Shown in pieces: positions 1-12,510 of a stretch of DNA of 64,000 nucleotides (its first letter is position 1; the number at the start of each line of letters is the position of its first letter). Origin of the DNA: Mobula hypostoma (Eukaryota); contig NC_086097.1 in the NCBI RefSeq assembly GCF_963921235.1, positions 124,374,001 to 124,438,000 on the forward strand. The letters run 5' to 3'. The position numbers and the translations under genes are program-made. A model generated the notes under the pieces. The model saw only the letters and a list, made by a program, of their open reading frames with translations, ran no database searches and was not told where the DNA came from.

Positions 1-138
1 AAAATATGTTAATTGCTCACATCATCACATGACCATGTGATTCATATGGGCCTCACTTAAAGATAAAACTACATTTGCATTCCCAGACTCCCTATCTTCC
101 TTTGAATTAGTTTAATGTTTTGAAGTTACGAAACATAG
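1..138 (+). mobile_element. 3' part of a Gypsy LTR (related to the LTRs at 12915 and 24062)
   Basis: Ends ...ttagtttaatgttttgaagttacgaaacatagca, similar to the LTR end ttagctttatgttttggattataaaacataaca. Confidence 0.65.
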
Positions 139-199
139 CACCTAACTTCTCCGTCTTTCTCCGAATCCATTCCTATGGACCTAAAGAACCAACTATGTC

Positions 200-477
200 T
201 GAACTAAGAGGGTACCCATTTAAAACAGAGATGAGGAGAAATTTTTTTAGCCAGAGGGTTGTGGATTTATGGAATTCGTTGCCACGTACAGCTGTGGAGG
301 CCCGATCATTGAGGCTGCTTAAGGAGGAGATTAACAGGTATCTAATTAGTCGAGGTATCAAGGGATATGGGGAAAAAGCCAGAAATTGGAACTAGTTGGG
401 AGAATAGTTTAACTTATGGTGGAGTGGCGGAGCAGACTCGATGGGCCAAATGGCCTACTTCTGCTCCTTTTTCTTGT
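200..477 (+). mobile_element. CR1-clade LINE 3' fragment
   Basis: Translates to FKTEMRRNFFSQRVVDLWNSLP..., the CR1 ORF2 C-terminus, followed by a 3' UTR. Confidence 0.85.
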
Positions 478-559
478 GAACTACAAGCTCACCAAAGACT
501 GCGGCGCGGTGCCACCTTCACAGGAAGATTGCTTTTCGTACGCTACTTATTCATGCTAC

Positions 560-900
560 CTTTCCAGAATCACTCAGGATGGCAGGTCGCATCGTCCACT
601 TGTCTGACACCAGACTTTGGACCGCAGTTTTCATGAGGACAGAGAAAATATTTTGAGGAGATTCTCAAAGTCTCCATGAAAATCTCTCAATGACTTGTGG
701 GAATCGCTGACTCATGGAAATGACTCAAAGAGGCGAGGAGCATCTGGAAGAACCCAGTATGCTTTCAATGGGAGCAGATGGAAGCCAAGAACAAAATGAG
801 TCATGTATATCGCCTGGGAAACATTAGCTACATCAGTACACAAAGAACTGTAGTGGAACCAGTTATCCCCACACCCAAGGGAACTTTGTCATAGAAGTAG
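560..900 (+). mobile_element. Highly decayed RTE-clade LINE 3' remnant
   Basis: Remnant similarity to the RTE ORF end (..SDTRL..GQRKYFEEILKVSMK..WESL). Confidence 0.45.
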
Positions 901-944
901 AACAAGAAGTCCATTCCATGCAAGGCTGTCAAGATAAAATGTAA

Positions 945-1200
945 AAACATGAGATTCTGCAGGTGCTGGAGATCCAGGTCAACACAAGATGCTGGAAGAA
1001 CTCACCAGGTCAAGCAGCAACTATGGAGGGGAGTAAATAATCGTCATTTCGAAACCCTTCATCAGAACGGGAATGGAAGGGGGAAGGAACCGAAAGAAGG
1101 TTGGAGGAGGGGCACCAGAGGGAGGTGATGGGCAAGTGAGTAGAGAAGAGGTCAGGGAGGGGCCAGACTGGGTAATGGAAAAAGAGAGAAGGGGGAGATT
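945..1200 (-). mobile_element. Penelope-like element pLTR fragment
   Basis: Same sequence family as 2332-2908 and 44915-45440 (gatgctggaggaactcagcaggtcaggcagcatc...cccttcatcag). Confidence 0.7.
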
Positions 1201-1654
1201 ACCCTTCTCTCTTTCTGATGTGTTAATTCACAACCAAAATATTAAATGTACTTTTACAGTTTCGTTGTTGCATGTTTGTTTGGGCTTCCTGCCTCTTTTT
1301 CAAAGTGTCTAGACCTTTGAATTCATGGCAGTAAATGTTATTGATTATGTTAAAACTCTCACAATGCATGAATACTGCTGTCTCTAAACCAAGTTTGACA
1401 AAACCTGTCAAATTTGAATGGAATAAAGGCATGCAGATTTTGAAGTGAGGCTCACAGGAGCAAGAAAATGTAATAAATTCTACATGGTTTGAAAATGTGG
1501 AATTGTACTTATGTAACTTCCTTCCAGAAAGAGATTGAGAAGAGATATTAAAACCACAGAATTCCATTATTGGAATTCATGAATTTCTATTGAAGGGAGA
1601 AAAAAAATGTTGAGGCCTTAAATAATAAAAGGAAAGAGCGTAAAGCCAAAAATC

Positions 1655-2097
1655 TCTAGCCATTCTCAGGCTCGAGGAGCAACACCTCATATTCTGTCTG
1701 GGTAGCCTCCAATCTGACAGCATGAAGATCGATTTCCTTAACTTCTAATAATTTCTCCCCTCCTCCTTCTCTTTTTTCCATTCCTCACTTTGGCTCTCCT
1801 CTTACCTTTTCTTTTCTCATCACCTTCCTCTGTTGCCTCTCCTCCTTCCCTTTCTCCCACGGTCTGTTTCCCTCTCCTATCAGATCCCTTCTTCGTCAAC
1901 CCTCTACCTTTTCCAGCTGCAGTATCACCTCCCAGCTTCTCACTTCGTACACTTCCCCCCCCCAACACAGCCCTCACCTGGCTTTACCTATCACCTGCCA
2001 GCTTGTCCTCCTTCCCCTTCCCCCACCTTCTTATTCCGGCTTCTTCCCCCTTCCTTTCCAGTCCCGATGAAGGGTCTCAGGCTGAAATGTCAGCTGC
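1655..2097 (+). mobile_element. Penelope-like element 3' end (GIY-YIG C-terminus plus pLTR with decayed hammerhead)
   Basis: Translates to LRLEEQHLIFCLGSLQSDSMKIDF, then a pyrimidine-rich UTR ending gtcccgatgaagggtctcaggctgaaatgtc. Confidence 0.75.
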
Positions 2098-2331
2098 TTT
2101 TGGAAATGGCTGCTACTGGTCTCTGCCACGTCTCATGTTTTGTAGCTCATTGTCCTCAAGGAGATGAGACTTCAATCCCTTTAATGCAGCCCAGAAGATG
2201 CAAGGAGAATGAAAGAGGGAATTTGATGGTGTTCCCTTAATCGCAGGGATTCATTATCTACAATCATGTCTTTACGGAGACTACTCTGGCAACCTCTTGC
2301 TGGGAGTACCAATCTCTAAATTCTCTCCACC

Positions 2332-2908
2332 ACACAAAATTCTGGAGGAACTCAGCAGGTCAGGCAGCATCGAGGGAGAGGAATAAACAGTCGACATTTC
2401 AGTCTGAGCCCTTCGTCAGGACTGAGGAGGAGTTGGGGTGTGGGGAAGAAGGTAGAATAAGAAGGTAGAGGAAGGGGGAAGAGTACAAACTGGCAGGTGA
2501 TGGGTGTGACCAAGTGGGGGGGATGGTAGGTGGGAGGGGGAGGGTGGGGCTTGAAGTGAGACGCTGAGAGGTGATAGGTGGAAAAGGTAATGGGTTAGGT
2601 AGAAGGAATATGATAGGACAAGCGAGTGGACCATGGGAGAAAGGGAAGGAGGAAGGGCACCAGAGGGAGATAATGAGCAGTATATAGAAAATGAGGGGTA
2701 AGAAAGGGAAAAAAGGGGGAAGGGAGAGAAATTATGGAAGGCTAGAGAAATTGGTGTTCAAGCCACCAGGTTGGAAGCTACGCAGACAGAATATGACCTG
2801 CTGCTCCTACAACCTGAGAATGGCCTCATCATGGCAGTGGAGGAGGCCTTGGATCAACATATTGGAATGGGAATGAGAAGTAAAATTAAAATGGGTGGAA
2901 ATCGAAAC
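2332..2908 (-). mobile_element. Penelope-like element 3' end (GIY-YIG remnant, pLTR, hammerhead motif 2388-2424)
   Basis: Minus strand reads THFNFTSHSHSNMLIQGLLHCHDEAILRL..QVIFCLRSFQPGGLN and contains CAGTC-CTGACGA...GAAATGTC-GACTG. Confidence 0.75.
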
Positions 2909-3109
2909 TCTAAATTCTTTGTGGGCCCTTTGCACCACCTATATCCCTCTCATCCCTGGGAGTGCTGTCCTGCACCATTGCAGCAATTAGTGGCAACATA
3001 AACGAGTTGGAACAATGGTGCTTGAATTGTGATATGCGTCCCCTAGACCTGGCTTGCCTGTGTTGAGCCATGCACAGACAACTCACTGTAAAAGATACCA
3101 AACCCTGGT

Positions 3110-3800
3110 TAGACTGCACTTGGAATATTGTGTTCAGTTCTGATCAATGCATTTTAGGGAGCAGGTAGAAGCTTTGGAGAGGGCGCAGGGGCGATTTACC
3201 AAGATACTGCCCAGAATAGGGAGTACGTCTGACGAGAATAGGTTGAGTGAGCTATGGCTTTTCTCTTCGAAGTGAAGGACGATGAGAGGTGACTTGGCAC
3301 CAGAGGGAGGCGGTGGGCAGGTAAGATGGTTAGAGCAGACTGGGGAATGAAAAAAGTGAGGGATTGGGGGGGGTTGAAAAATGTCAGAGATTAAATAAAT
3401 CAATGTTCATGCCGTCAGGTTGGAGGCTACCTAGATGGAATATGAGGTGTCATTTTGTACTTGAGATAATAAGAGGCATAGACTGAGTGGATAACCAGAC
3501 TTTTGCCAGGGTGGAAATGGGTAATACCAAAGTCACAACATTAAAGTGATTGGAGGAAAGTATAAGGGAGGGGGTTACTCGTGGTAAGTTATTTACACAG
3601 AGAGAGGTGGATATGTGGAACATGCTGCCAGAGATGGTGGTAAAGGCAGATACATTAGGAACATTTAAGAAACTCTTTGATAGGCACATGGATAACAAAA
3701 ACATAGAGGTCTATGAAGGAGGGAAGGGTTAGATTGATCTTAGAGTAGGATAAAAGGTCAGCACAACATCATGAGCTGGAAGGACTGTACTGTGTTGACT
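3110..3800 (+). mobile_element. CR1/HER1 3' fragment interrupted by a minus-strand Penelope fragment (~3296-3450)
   Basis: CR1 ORF2 end motifs (LFTQREVDMWNMLPE) flank a PLE-family sequence. Confidence 0.7.
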
Positions 3801-4164
3801 GGTCTTTGTCCTTTGTAACTACTAAAGCTTGCAGCACATCAAAAGGGAATGTCAGTGTTGATTCTAGTGTGGTATGTATAGCATGGAGAAACTCAACATT
3901 ATCCTGGAAGCTCACAATTCAATCTCCTGCTCTTTACCCATCGATCACAAATAGCAATCGAGTGACCCACTATCCTCTTTTAACACAAACAGCGTGTACA
4001 GTTATTTCTGGCCCACCTCCTACTGTGACGCATTGTTTATGAATTTTTGGCCAAGATTTTTGTGCTTAGGTCTCTTGAGCCCTCTGACTCAACGATGAGA
4101 GTCACAACTGATCCATAGCTGACACGGGTGGCCCTTTTGAATGCGGAGTCCTGGAGTCATATGT

Positions 4165-5665
4165 TAATACAGTACAGACACAGGCTCTTCAACCCATTGG
4201 TCCATGCTAACCATTCTCCCTGCTGGTCCCAGTTGCCTGCATTCAGCACGTAACCTTCCAAATCCCTCCCCTTCATGTACCTATGCAACTGCCTCTTATT
4301 TTGTACCCATCTTAGCCACTTCCTTTGACAGCTCATCCCAGGTCCTCTAACCTTTGCGTAACGAAGTTACCCATCAGGTCTCTTTTAAATACCCATTCCC
4401 TTGTACCCATCTTGTACCCATTCCCTCCCCAACCCTGGGGGAAAGAGTATGACCATCCACCTTATCCATTCCCCTCCTGACTTTATAAACTTCTATGAGG
4501 TCATCTCTCATTCTCCTGCAGTCTAGGGAATAAAGATCCAGTGTGGCAAATCTTTCCCGATAACGCAGGCGCTCCAGTCCAGGCACCATCCTCATAGATC
4601 TCTTCTGTACCCTCTCCAGCCTGACAACGGCCTTCCTATAACAGGATGACCAAAAGTGTAAAGTGTACAGGGCACTCCAAGTGTCTCCTCACCAATGACT
4701 TCTATAGCTGCAACGTAGTGTCCTTACTTCGAAAATTGATGCACTGACTGACGAAGGCTAACATGCTAAATGCTCTCTCCACCATCCTGTCCACTTACAC
4801 AGCCACTTTCTGCATACTATATACTTGTACTCCCAGGTCACTCTGTTCCACCACTCTCACAGGTATCCTGCCAATCACTTTATAAGTCCTACCCTGGTTT
4901 AACTATCTAAAATGCATCAGCTCCCACCTACCTAAGTTGAAATCCATTTGCTATTCCTCAGTCATCTCCCTAACTAAATAAGGTCTCTTGGCAATTCATT
5001 ATAACTTGCTTCACTATCATCAAGACCCCTTAATTCTCATCAGCAAACTTGTTAATTGTGCTATGTTCACTTATGTCCAAATCATTTACATAAATATTGG
5101 ATAACAGAGGTCCCAGCATAATTCTCTGGGCATCCCACTAGTCATCGGTCTCCAGTCAGAGAGTTGATCTTCAGCCATCACCTTCTGCTTCCTATCATTG
5201 AGCCATTTCTGAATCCACCTCTCTAGGTCTCCTTGAATTCCAGATGAGCTAATCTTCCAGATCAGACTGCCTCATGGCACCTTGTCTAAGGCCTTACTGA
5301 AGTCTATATACTGTAGACAGCATCCACTGTCCTATCTTCATTTATCCCCTTAGTTACATCTTCAAAAAACTACAAAAGATTGATCAGACATGACATCTCA
5401 TGCAACTGGGCTTGACTATTCAAGTGATGGTCGATCTTGTCCCTCAGAATTCCCTCCAGTAACTACCCTACAACTGAAGTCAGGCTCACCGGCCTGTAAC
5501 TCCCCAGCCTGTCCTTGCTACCCTTCTTGAACAATGGAACAACATCAGTCACCCCAATCTTCTGGAACTTTGCCAGTGGCTAATGAAGAAAATATCTCTG
5601 CAATAGCCTACAATTTATTTTCTGGCCTCCATAACAGTCGGTAGTGCACTTGGTCAGACTCGTGT
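4165..5665 (-). mobile_element. Decayed CR1-clade LINE (RT domain to 3' UTR)
   Basis: ORF 4374-4595 MRMVPGLERLRYRERF..RRMRDDLIEVYK, with RT motif remnants upstream. A more 5' piece lies at ~10860-11050. Confidence 0.8.
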
Positions 5666-7764
5666 TATGACCTTTTTAAAAGCCTCCATCTTATCAACTG
5701 TCCCTTTGCCTAGAAATAGAGTTAATTACAGGGAACGACTACAACCAAGAGATAGGATAAGAGGCTCTGAGTGCCCAATGTGTTGGTGTGGGAGAGTGTT
5801 TTCCAGCATTAAAGGTTTACAAGTCCACCAAGCAAAGTTGAAGTGCTATTCCATCCCAGTGGATGAAGATGAGATTACTTCACCAAGCACAGATGATGTG
5901 CTCTTTTCAACCACTGATTCACAAGCCACAGCAATTCACTCTGGAGAGAGGCATCATACTCCAGGTCAGACGAGAGATAACCCAGGTCAGGTTTCAGACC
6001 ACAGTACCCAGGTAGGTCCTTCGCATGATGGTGGTGGTGAGGAGGTAGAGAAGAAGAGAAAGGTCAAGTGGCCAGCAATGGCAGATGAGAAGGCTTGGTG
6101 TGTATTTGATGAGGATATCAGTATGACATTGGAGAACACTCTCAGGGGAACATCAGAGAGAAAGTTGGAAGTGATGGGCAATATGATTTATGATGTTGGA
6201 AAGTACAGGTTTGGTTTGGTTGAGTTGAAGAAAGCAAAGCCTACACAGCAACCAAGCAGGCGCCAGAAGGAGATTAGTAGGTTGAGGAGAGAGCTTAGAT
6301 TGTTGAGACAGAGGTGGAAGGTAGCAACTGAGGGTGACAAGCCAGGGCTTGCTGATCTCCGAGAGTATTTTCAAATAAAGTTAGCAACACTCCGTCATGC
6401 AGAGTCACAACGTAAAAAGAGAAAGAAGAGAGAGAAGGCAAGAAAGTCGTTCTTTGAGAACCCTCATGAGTTCACAAAGAAACTGTTTGAACAAAGTAAG
6501 AGTGGGAAGCTTAACATCTCTCAACAAGAACTTGAGGATCACCTGGCAAGCACTTACACTAACGAACAGCGGGAGGCTCCTTTGCTTGACATTTCAGGGC
6601 TTGTGAAGCCTACCAAGCCAGGAGTGAAGTTCAATCTGTCAGAACCCAAACTGGCAGAAGTCGAACGGTTCATCAGAAAGGCAAGGTCAGGCTCAGTGCC
6701 AGGACCTAATGGAGTGCCATATAAGGTGTTTAAGAAGTGTGAACAGCTGAGGAAATACTTGTGGAGATTGTCAAAGGTGGTGTGGAGACAAGGTGTTGTT
6801 CCTCTGTCATGGAGTGAGGCTGAAGGAGAAAACATCCCGAAGAAAGAGAATTCTTCTACTTTGAATCAGTTCCGACCAATTTCACTCCTGAATATAGAGG
6901 GGAAGATTATGTTTGGCATTCTAGCAGAAAGAATATCTTCATTTGTGATAGAGAATGGATTGGTAAATACATCTGTGCAGAAGGCAGGAATACCAGGCTT
7001 CCCGGGATGCCTTGGACATTCTAGTATGATATGGCATACCATCCAGGAGTCAAAAAGGTTGAGAAGAAATCTGGCTGTAGTTTGGCTTGATCTGGCAAAT
7101 GCGTATGGTTCTGTTCCCCATGTCCTGATAGAGTTTGCGATGGCATTCCTAAGATTGCTAAGATAAGGAATTGCTACGGTAAGGAACTTTGTTATGCAAT
7201 ACTACAATGATTTCCGGATGAGGTTTTCCACTCAGCAGTTTACAACTAGGAGGCAGAGCTTGGATGTTGGAATCCCAATGGGATGTGCGATTTCACCCAT
7301 CCTTTTTGTGTTAGCCATGGAGGTCATTGTGAGGGCTGCAGAATCAGTGGGACCAGGTGTCGCACTTGATGGCGGAGGGGAGTTACCACCAATACGAGCG
7401 TTCATGGACGATCTCGCCCTTTCGGGTCCCAGCACGGAGGCAGTGGAAAGTGTACTAGCTAGACTCGAGGAGCTAATGGACTGGGGAAGAATGAAGTTCA
7501 AGACCAAGAAGTCAAGAAGCCTTGTTCTTAGGAGAGGAAAGCTGGTTGACTTTCATTTCACCCTTTGTGGAGAGGAGATTCCATCCATTCAGGAACAACC
7601 AGTTAAGAGCCTTGGGCAATGGTACACAGAGGAGCTGAGAGACACCAAGAGGGTTCAAGAGACAAGAAAGCAGATCAGCAGAGGTCTGATGTCTGTTGAC
7701 AAGTGTGGCTTGCCTGGCAAGTTGAAGTTGTGGTGCTTGCAGTACGGACTGATGCCATGGATAA

Positions 7765-8081
7765 ATAAATAAATAAAGGCATCCGTTAGTCTTGCAAGAC
7801 CATGGATCAGCACCTGGAAAGTCTTCACTCTCCAGGGTGCAGGCCTGGGCAAGGTTGTATGGAAGACCGGCAGTTGCCCATGCTGCACGTCTCCCCTCTC
7901 CACGACACTGATGTTGTCCAAGGGCATTAGGACCCATACAGCTTGGCACCAGTGTCATCACAGAGCAATGTGTGATTAAGTGCCTTGCTCAAGGACACAA
8001 CACACTGCCTTGGCTGGGGCTCGAACTCATGACCTTCAGGTCGCTAGTCCAATGCCTTAACCATTTGGCCACGTGCCCACG
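7765..8081 (-). mobile_element. tRNA-derived SINE inserted in the HERO ORF
   Basis: A box TGGCCAAATGG, B box GAGTTCGAGCC, CORE-like gtgtccttgagcaaggcacttaa and a (TTTA)n tail. TSD tgccatggataa (7753-7764) / tgccacggataa (8082-8093). Removing it restores YGLMPRIMWPL. Confidence 0.85.
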
Positions 8082-9573
8082 TGCCACGGATAATGTGGCC
8101 ACTAACTGTCTATGAAGTGGCAATGTCCCATGTTGAGGCAATGGAACGGAAGATCAACAAGTATGTGAAGAAGTGGCTTGGAGTACCGAGCAGCCTCACC
8201 AATGTTGCAATCCACAGTAGCCAGACAAAGCTTACCATCCCAGTGCAATCCCTTGTTGAGGAGGTCAAGGTAGCCAAGGTAAGATCATTCTTGATGCTTC
8301 AAGACTCAAAAGACCCTGTCGTCAAGGACATCCAGCCGGATGTGAGATCGGGCAGGAAGTGGTCAGCCCGTGTAGCAGTTGATGAGGCAGAGTCTAGATT
8401 GAAGCACAAGGAGACGGTTGGGGCTATCCAGCTAGGCCGCCAGGGACTTGGGTGGACAACCCACAAGTGGTGGTCATCTTCTACAGGTAAGGAGCGCCGT
8501 GAGCTTGTAACACAAGAAATACGAGAGGTAGAAGAGGAGAAGAGGTTAGCTAAAACAGCTGGCCTGGCCATACGAGGGGCTTGGACCTGGTGGGAAAGTG
8601 TTGAACAATGACATCTATCTTGGAATGTTCTGTGGCAGATGGAACCGCTCTGCATTTCTTTTTTATCCGGAGCAGCGTATGATCTGCTCCAAACACCTGC
8701 AACCTCAGCACCTGGTATGAAGGTAAGACAGACAGGTGCTGCATGTGGCGAGAAGGGAACACTTCAACATATTTTGAGTGCATGCAGAGTCAATCTTTCC
8801 AGCGGCATGTACACTTGGAGACATAACAACGTTCTCAAAGTTGTAACAGAAGCGGTTGAGCAGAGAGTACTGCAACACAACTTATCTCATGCCCCATGCT
8901 GCACAGAACATCGCATATCATTTGTGAAAGAAGGCTCCAAGACAAGGGTGTACAGCGCAGGCTCACGATCAAGCATACTTTCTTCAGCCAATGATTGGTG
9001 TGTCAAGGCTGACCTGGATGGGAAAGGCAGTTTCCCGGAGCAAATAGCTTTCACCACATTGCGTCCAGATATAATCGTATGGTCTGACACCAGTAGGGAA
9101 GTGGTTATTGGTGAACTCACAGTCCCCTGGGAAGACAACATCGATGAAGCCCATGAGCACAAGTTAACCAAGTATGCAGAATTAAGATCAGAGTGCAGAG
9201 ACAGAGGGTGGAAGGTCTCATGCTATCCATTCGAAGTAGGCTGCCATGGGTTTATTGCGTTCACTTTCCAGAAGTGGCTGCGTGACCTTGGCTTCACTAG
9301 AAGAGAGATCAAGTCAACCAGCAGGGCTGTAGCTGAGGCAGCAGAGAAAGGATCAGCATGGGTGTGGAGCAAGTATGTCCAGAGGGGCAGAGAGTCAGAC
9401 AGTGTATACATACCTTGCAAACCCTTCAGTAGTTGCATAGACACCTGAAGGGTAGACTATCTGTTGGATGGAAGCAACCAACAACTCTGATAGAGGCAGA
9501 TGCCAAGTCTTAAAGTTCACCAGTGGGAAGGTGGTGCTTTAGCACTGCTGGCCCACTACCTTGAGGGAGACTT

Positions 9574-10726
9574 TTTTTTAATATAATTTTTATTGAGTTT
9601 TCAAAATGATTACATAGAATGATAATATCTACCCTTCCCCCCGATATATACCCCTATCTGAAAAAAAAGAAAAAAAGAGAAAAAGAAGGAAGAAAGAACT
9701 GCCTGGATATTGGAAAGTTTCCACATGCTCCATGGGATTCAAAATAAATTTAGTGTATTTATTTATTACTTTCCCCAAGGGACCAACATCTTTATCATCG
9801 GAGCAACTAAATATGCCATCCTATCTTTTGTAAATATGGGCACCAAATGTTCAAAAATGTATCATATTTATCTCTTAAATTATAAGTAATTTTTTCAAGT
9901 GGAATACAACTAGAAATTTCATTATTCCAACGATCCATACTTAAATACGAATCCAATTTCCAAGTAACTGCTATAGCCTTCTTAGCTACTGCCAATGCAA
10001 TTTTTATAAGTTCTTTCTGATATTTATTCAGTTTAAGTTTCGGTTTTATCCCTTCAATATCACCTAATAGAAATAATGTAGGGTTAAGTGGAAGTTGCGT
10101 TCCAGTAATTTGTTCCAATAAAACTCTTAAATTTATCCAAAAAGGTTGAATTTTGGAACAAGACCAAATAGAATGTAAGAAAGTACCAATTTCTTGATTA
10201 CACCGAAAGCATTGATCAGATAAGTTTGAATTTAATCTATTTATTTTTTGCGGTGTAATATATAATTGGTGTAAAAAATTCTATTGTACTAATCTAAGTC
10301 GAACGTTTATTGTATTTGTCATACTGTCAAGATACAGTCTTGACCAATTTGTTTCATCAATATTAATATTCAGATCTGTTTCCCATTGTTGTTTTGACTT
10401 TTGGATTCCTTGTTTAATTGTCTGTTTTCGTATCAAGTTATACATAAAAGAAATAAATTTTTTAATTTTTCCTTTTTGAATTAAAATTTCAATTTCATTG
10501 GGTTTTGGCAAAAACATTGTTTGACCCAGTTTGTCTTTTAAATAAGCCCTTAATTGAAGGTAACAAAAGAAAGTGTTATTTGATATTTTATATTTATTCA
10601 TTAATTGTTTAAATGACATCAATATACCTCATTCATAACAGTCTCCTATAGATCTCATCCCTTTTTGGTACCAATTATATAAAAGTCTGTTTTGAATCAA
10701 AGGTCTCCTTGCTAATAAAGATTTCT
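9574..10726 (-). mobile_element. 5'-truncated L1-clade LINE in the HERO 3' UTR
   Basis: ORF2 C-terminal knuckle CFRCNQEIGTFLHSIWSC and ORFs 9807-10118 and 10281-10622, with AATAAA and poly(A). TSD ttgagggagactt (9561-9573) / ttgagggagtctt (10727-10739). Confidence 0.85.
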
Positions 10727-10730
10727 TTGA

Positions 10731-10797
10731 GGGAGTCTTGATCATAAGTGGGCCAAAACTCCTGAAGACGGGAGGCAGATCAACTGATGATCCCATT
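10731..10797 (+). ncRNA. Permuted hammerhead-ribozyme-like motif in HERO-1 3' UTR (probably inactive)
   Basis: GGGAG-TC-TTGATC ... AGTGGGCC-AAAA-CTCCT ... GATCAA-CTGATGA. Stems I and III pair, and a stem II partner GGCCCACT lies at 9550-9557 across the L1 insertion. Confidence 0.65.
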
Positions 10798-11184
10798 GGT
10801 GATAGCACAGGACAGTTAACATCTTAGTCCAAGTGTATTTTCAATTCAATTCATATCAACCCCAGCTAAATCTTGCCTACTGCCTACCAGGTTGGCCTTG
10901 CTCCAGTTCAGGACTTTAACCTATGGACCTGTTCTATCTTTTTTCATAATGTTGCAGTCATCAAACTCAAGGTGGTCCTTAACTGTCACTTCAGTTACTT
11001 GGCCTACATTGTTCACCAAGAGGAGGTCCAGTATTGCTCATTCCCAAGGATTGCCTTGGATCCCATGCAAACTCCATCCCATCCAGGCCTCAACACCCTG
11101 GGTGAGAGAGAGTCACAAGGGTCAGTGCTGGTCCTGTAACTATTCACAATCTAGAATCACAGTGTAGAATCTAGAGGACAGAGT

Positions 11185-12510
11185 GTAATGTATCTAAGTT
11201 TGCTGATGGCACTAAATAGAGTAGAAAAGCAAAATGTGCAGAGGATGTGGAGAGTCTTTGGAGAGATTTAGATAGGTTACATGAGTGGGCAAGTGTCTAG
11301 CAGATAGAGTGCAACACTGGTAAATACAAGGTTATCCACTTCGGAAGCAAAAGTAGACCATAAGATATAGGAGCAGAAGTAGACCATTCAGCCCTTTGAG
11401 TCTGCTCCACTATTCCATCGCAGTTGATTTATTATCCCTTTCGACCCCATTCTCCTGCCTTCACCCTGTAACCTTTGACACCCTTACTAATCAAGAACCT
11501 AACAACCTCTGCTTTAAATATACCCCATGACTTGGCTTCCACAGCTGTCTGTGGCATGAATTTCACAGATTCACCATCGTTTGACTAAAGGAATTCCTCC
11601 TCATCTCTGTTCTAAAGAGATGTCCTTCTACTCTGAGGCTCTGCCCTCTGGTGCTAGACAGGAAACATCCTCTCCACATCCACTCTGTTTAGGCCTTTCA
11701 ATACTTAATAAATTTCAATAGGATCCCCTCTCACTTTTCACATTTCCAGCAAGTACAGACACAGAACCATCAAATGCATCAAACTTAACTGGTAAAAGAT
11801 TGCAGCATTCTGTGCAGAGGGACTTGGAAATGCTGGGACATGAATCCCAAAAGGTTGGTTTGCCAATGCAACAGGTTATCAAGAAGGCAAATGGAACATT
11901 AGCCTTTATTGCTAGAGGGACTGAATTTAAGAGCAGGGTGGTTATGTAACAACTGTATAGGATACTGGAGTACTGTGTTCAGCTTTGGTCTCCCTACTTG
12001 AGAAAGCATATATTGGCTTTGGAGGTGACGTAGAGGAGATTCACCAGGCCGATTCAGGGGATAAGGGGTTTAGCCCATGAGGAGAGATTGTCACCTGGGT
12101 CTATACACACTAGAATTCAGAAGAATAAGAGGGGCTCGTATAGAAATATATTACATTTTGAAAGAGATAAGATAGAGGCAGGGAAGTTGTTAGTAAGTGA
12201 GACTAGAACTAGGGAACATAACCTCAAGATAGGGGGAATAGATTTGGTACAAACATGAGGAGGAACTGCTTTTCCCACAGAGCAGTAAATCTGTGGAATT
12301 CTCTGCCCAAGGAAGCAGCAGAGGCTACCTCATTAAATACACTTCAATCACAGTAAGATAGATTTTTGCATAGCAGAGAAATTATAGACTATGGGGAAAA
12401 GACAGGTACGTGGAGTTGAGTCCATTGCTAGATAATTCATCATCGTACTGAATGGTGGAGCAGGATTGATAGCCAAATGGCCTGTTCCTGCTCTTATTTC
12501 TTATATTTCT
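11185..12510 (+). mobile_element. Decayed CR1 LINE (RT to 3' UTR) with a nested minus-strand CR1 3' fragment (~11355-11785)
   Basis: KFADGTK remnant and ctgtggaattctctgccc (LWNSLP), plus an inverted copy of the CR1 3' UTR inside. Confidence 0.75.

Larger units (their letters stand above)
5710..10850 (+). mobile_element. HERO-clade (RLE-type) non-LTR retrotransposon, near full length, disrupted by SINE and L1 insertions
   Basis: ORFs 5667-7166, 7194-7772, 8081-8611 and 8639-9448 give an N-terminal Zn finger (CWCGRVFSSIKGLQVHQAKLKC), RT (FRPISLLN, WLDLANAYGSV, GIPMGCAISP, FMDD), a knuckle (CGEKGTLQHILSAC), RHN and a PD..ELTVPWE..K..KY restriction-like endonuclease. The 5' boundary is approximate. 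Confidence 0.9.

Noticed and set aside
1223..1567. 114-aa minus-strand ORF in unique sequence as an exon of a neighbouring gene
   Set aside because: No recognisable protein motif, and I could not establish a supported exon structure.
5667..7166. 499-aa ORF as a host gene or a prokaryotic retron / group II intron RT
   Set aside because: It is the 5' part of a frameshifted HERO retrotransposon ORF, and the ATG at 5667 probably lies in flanking sequence.
8000..8081. tRNA gene
   Set aside because: The A/B boxes belong to a SINE head that continues into a SINE body with tail and TSD.
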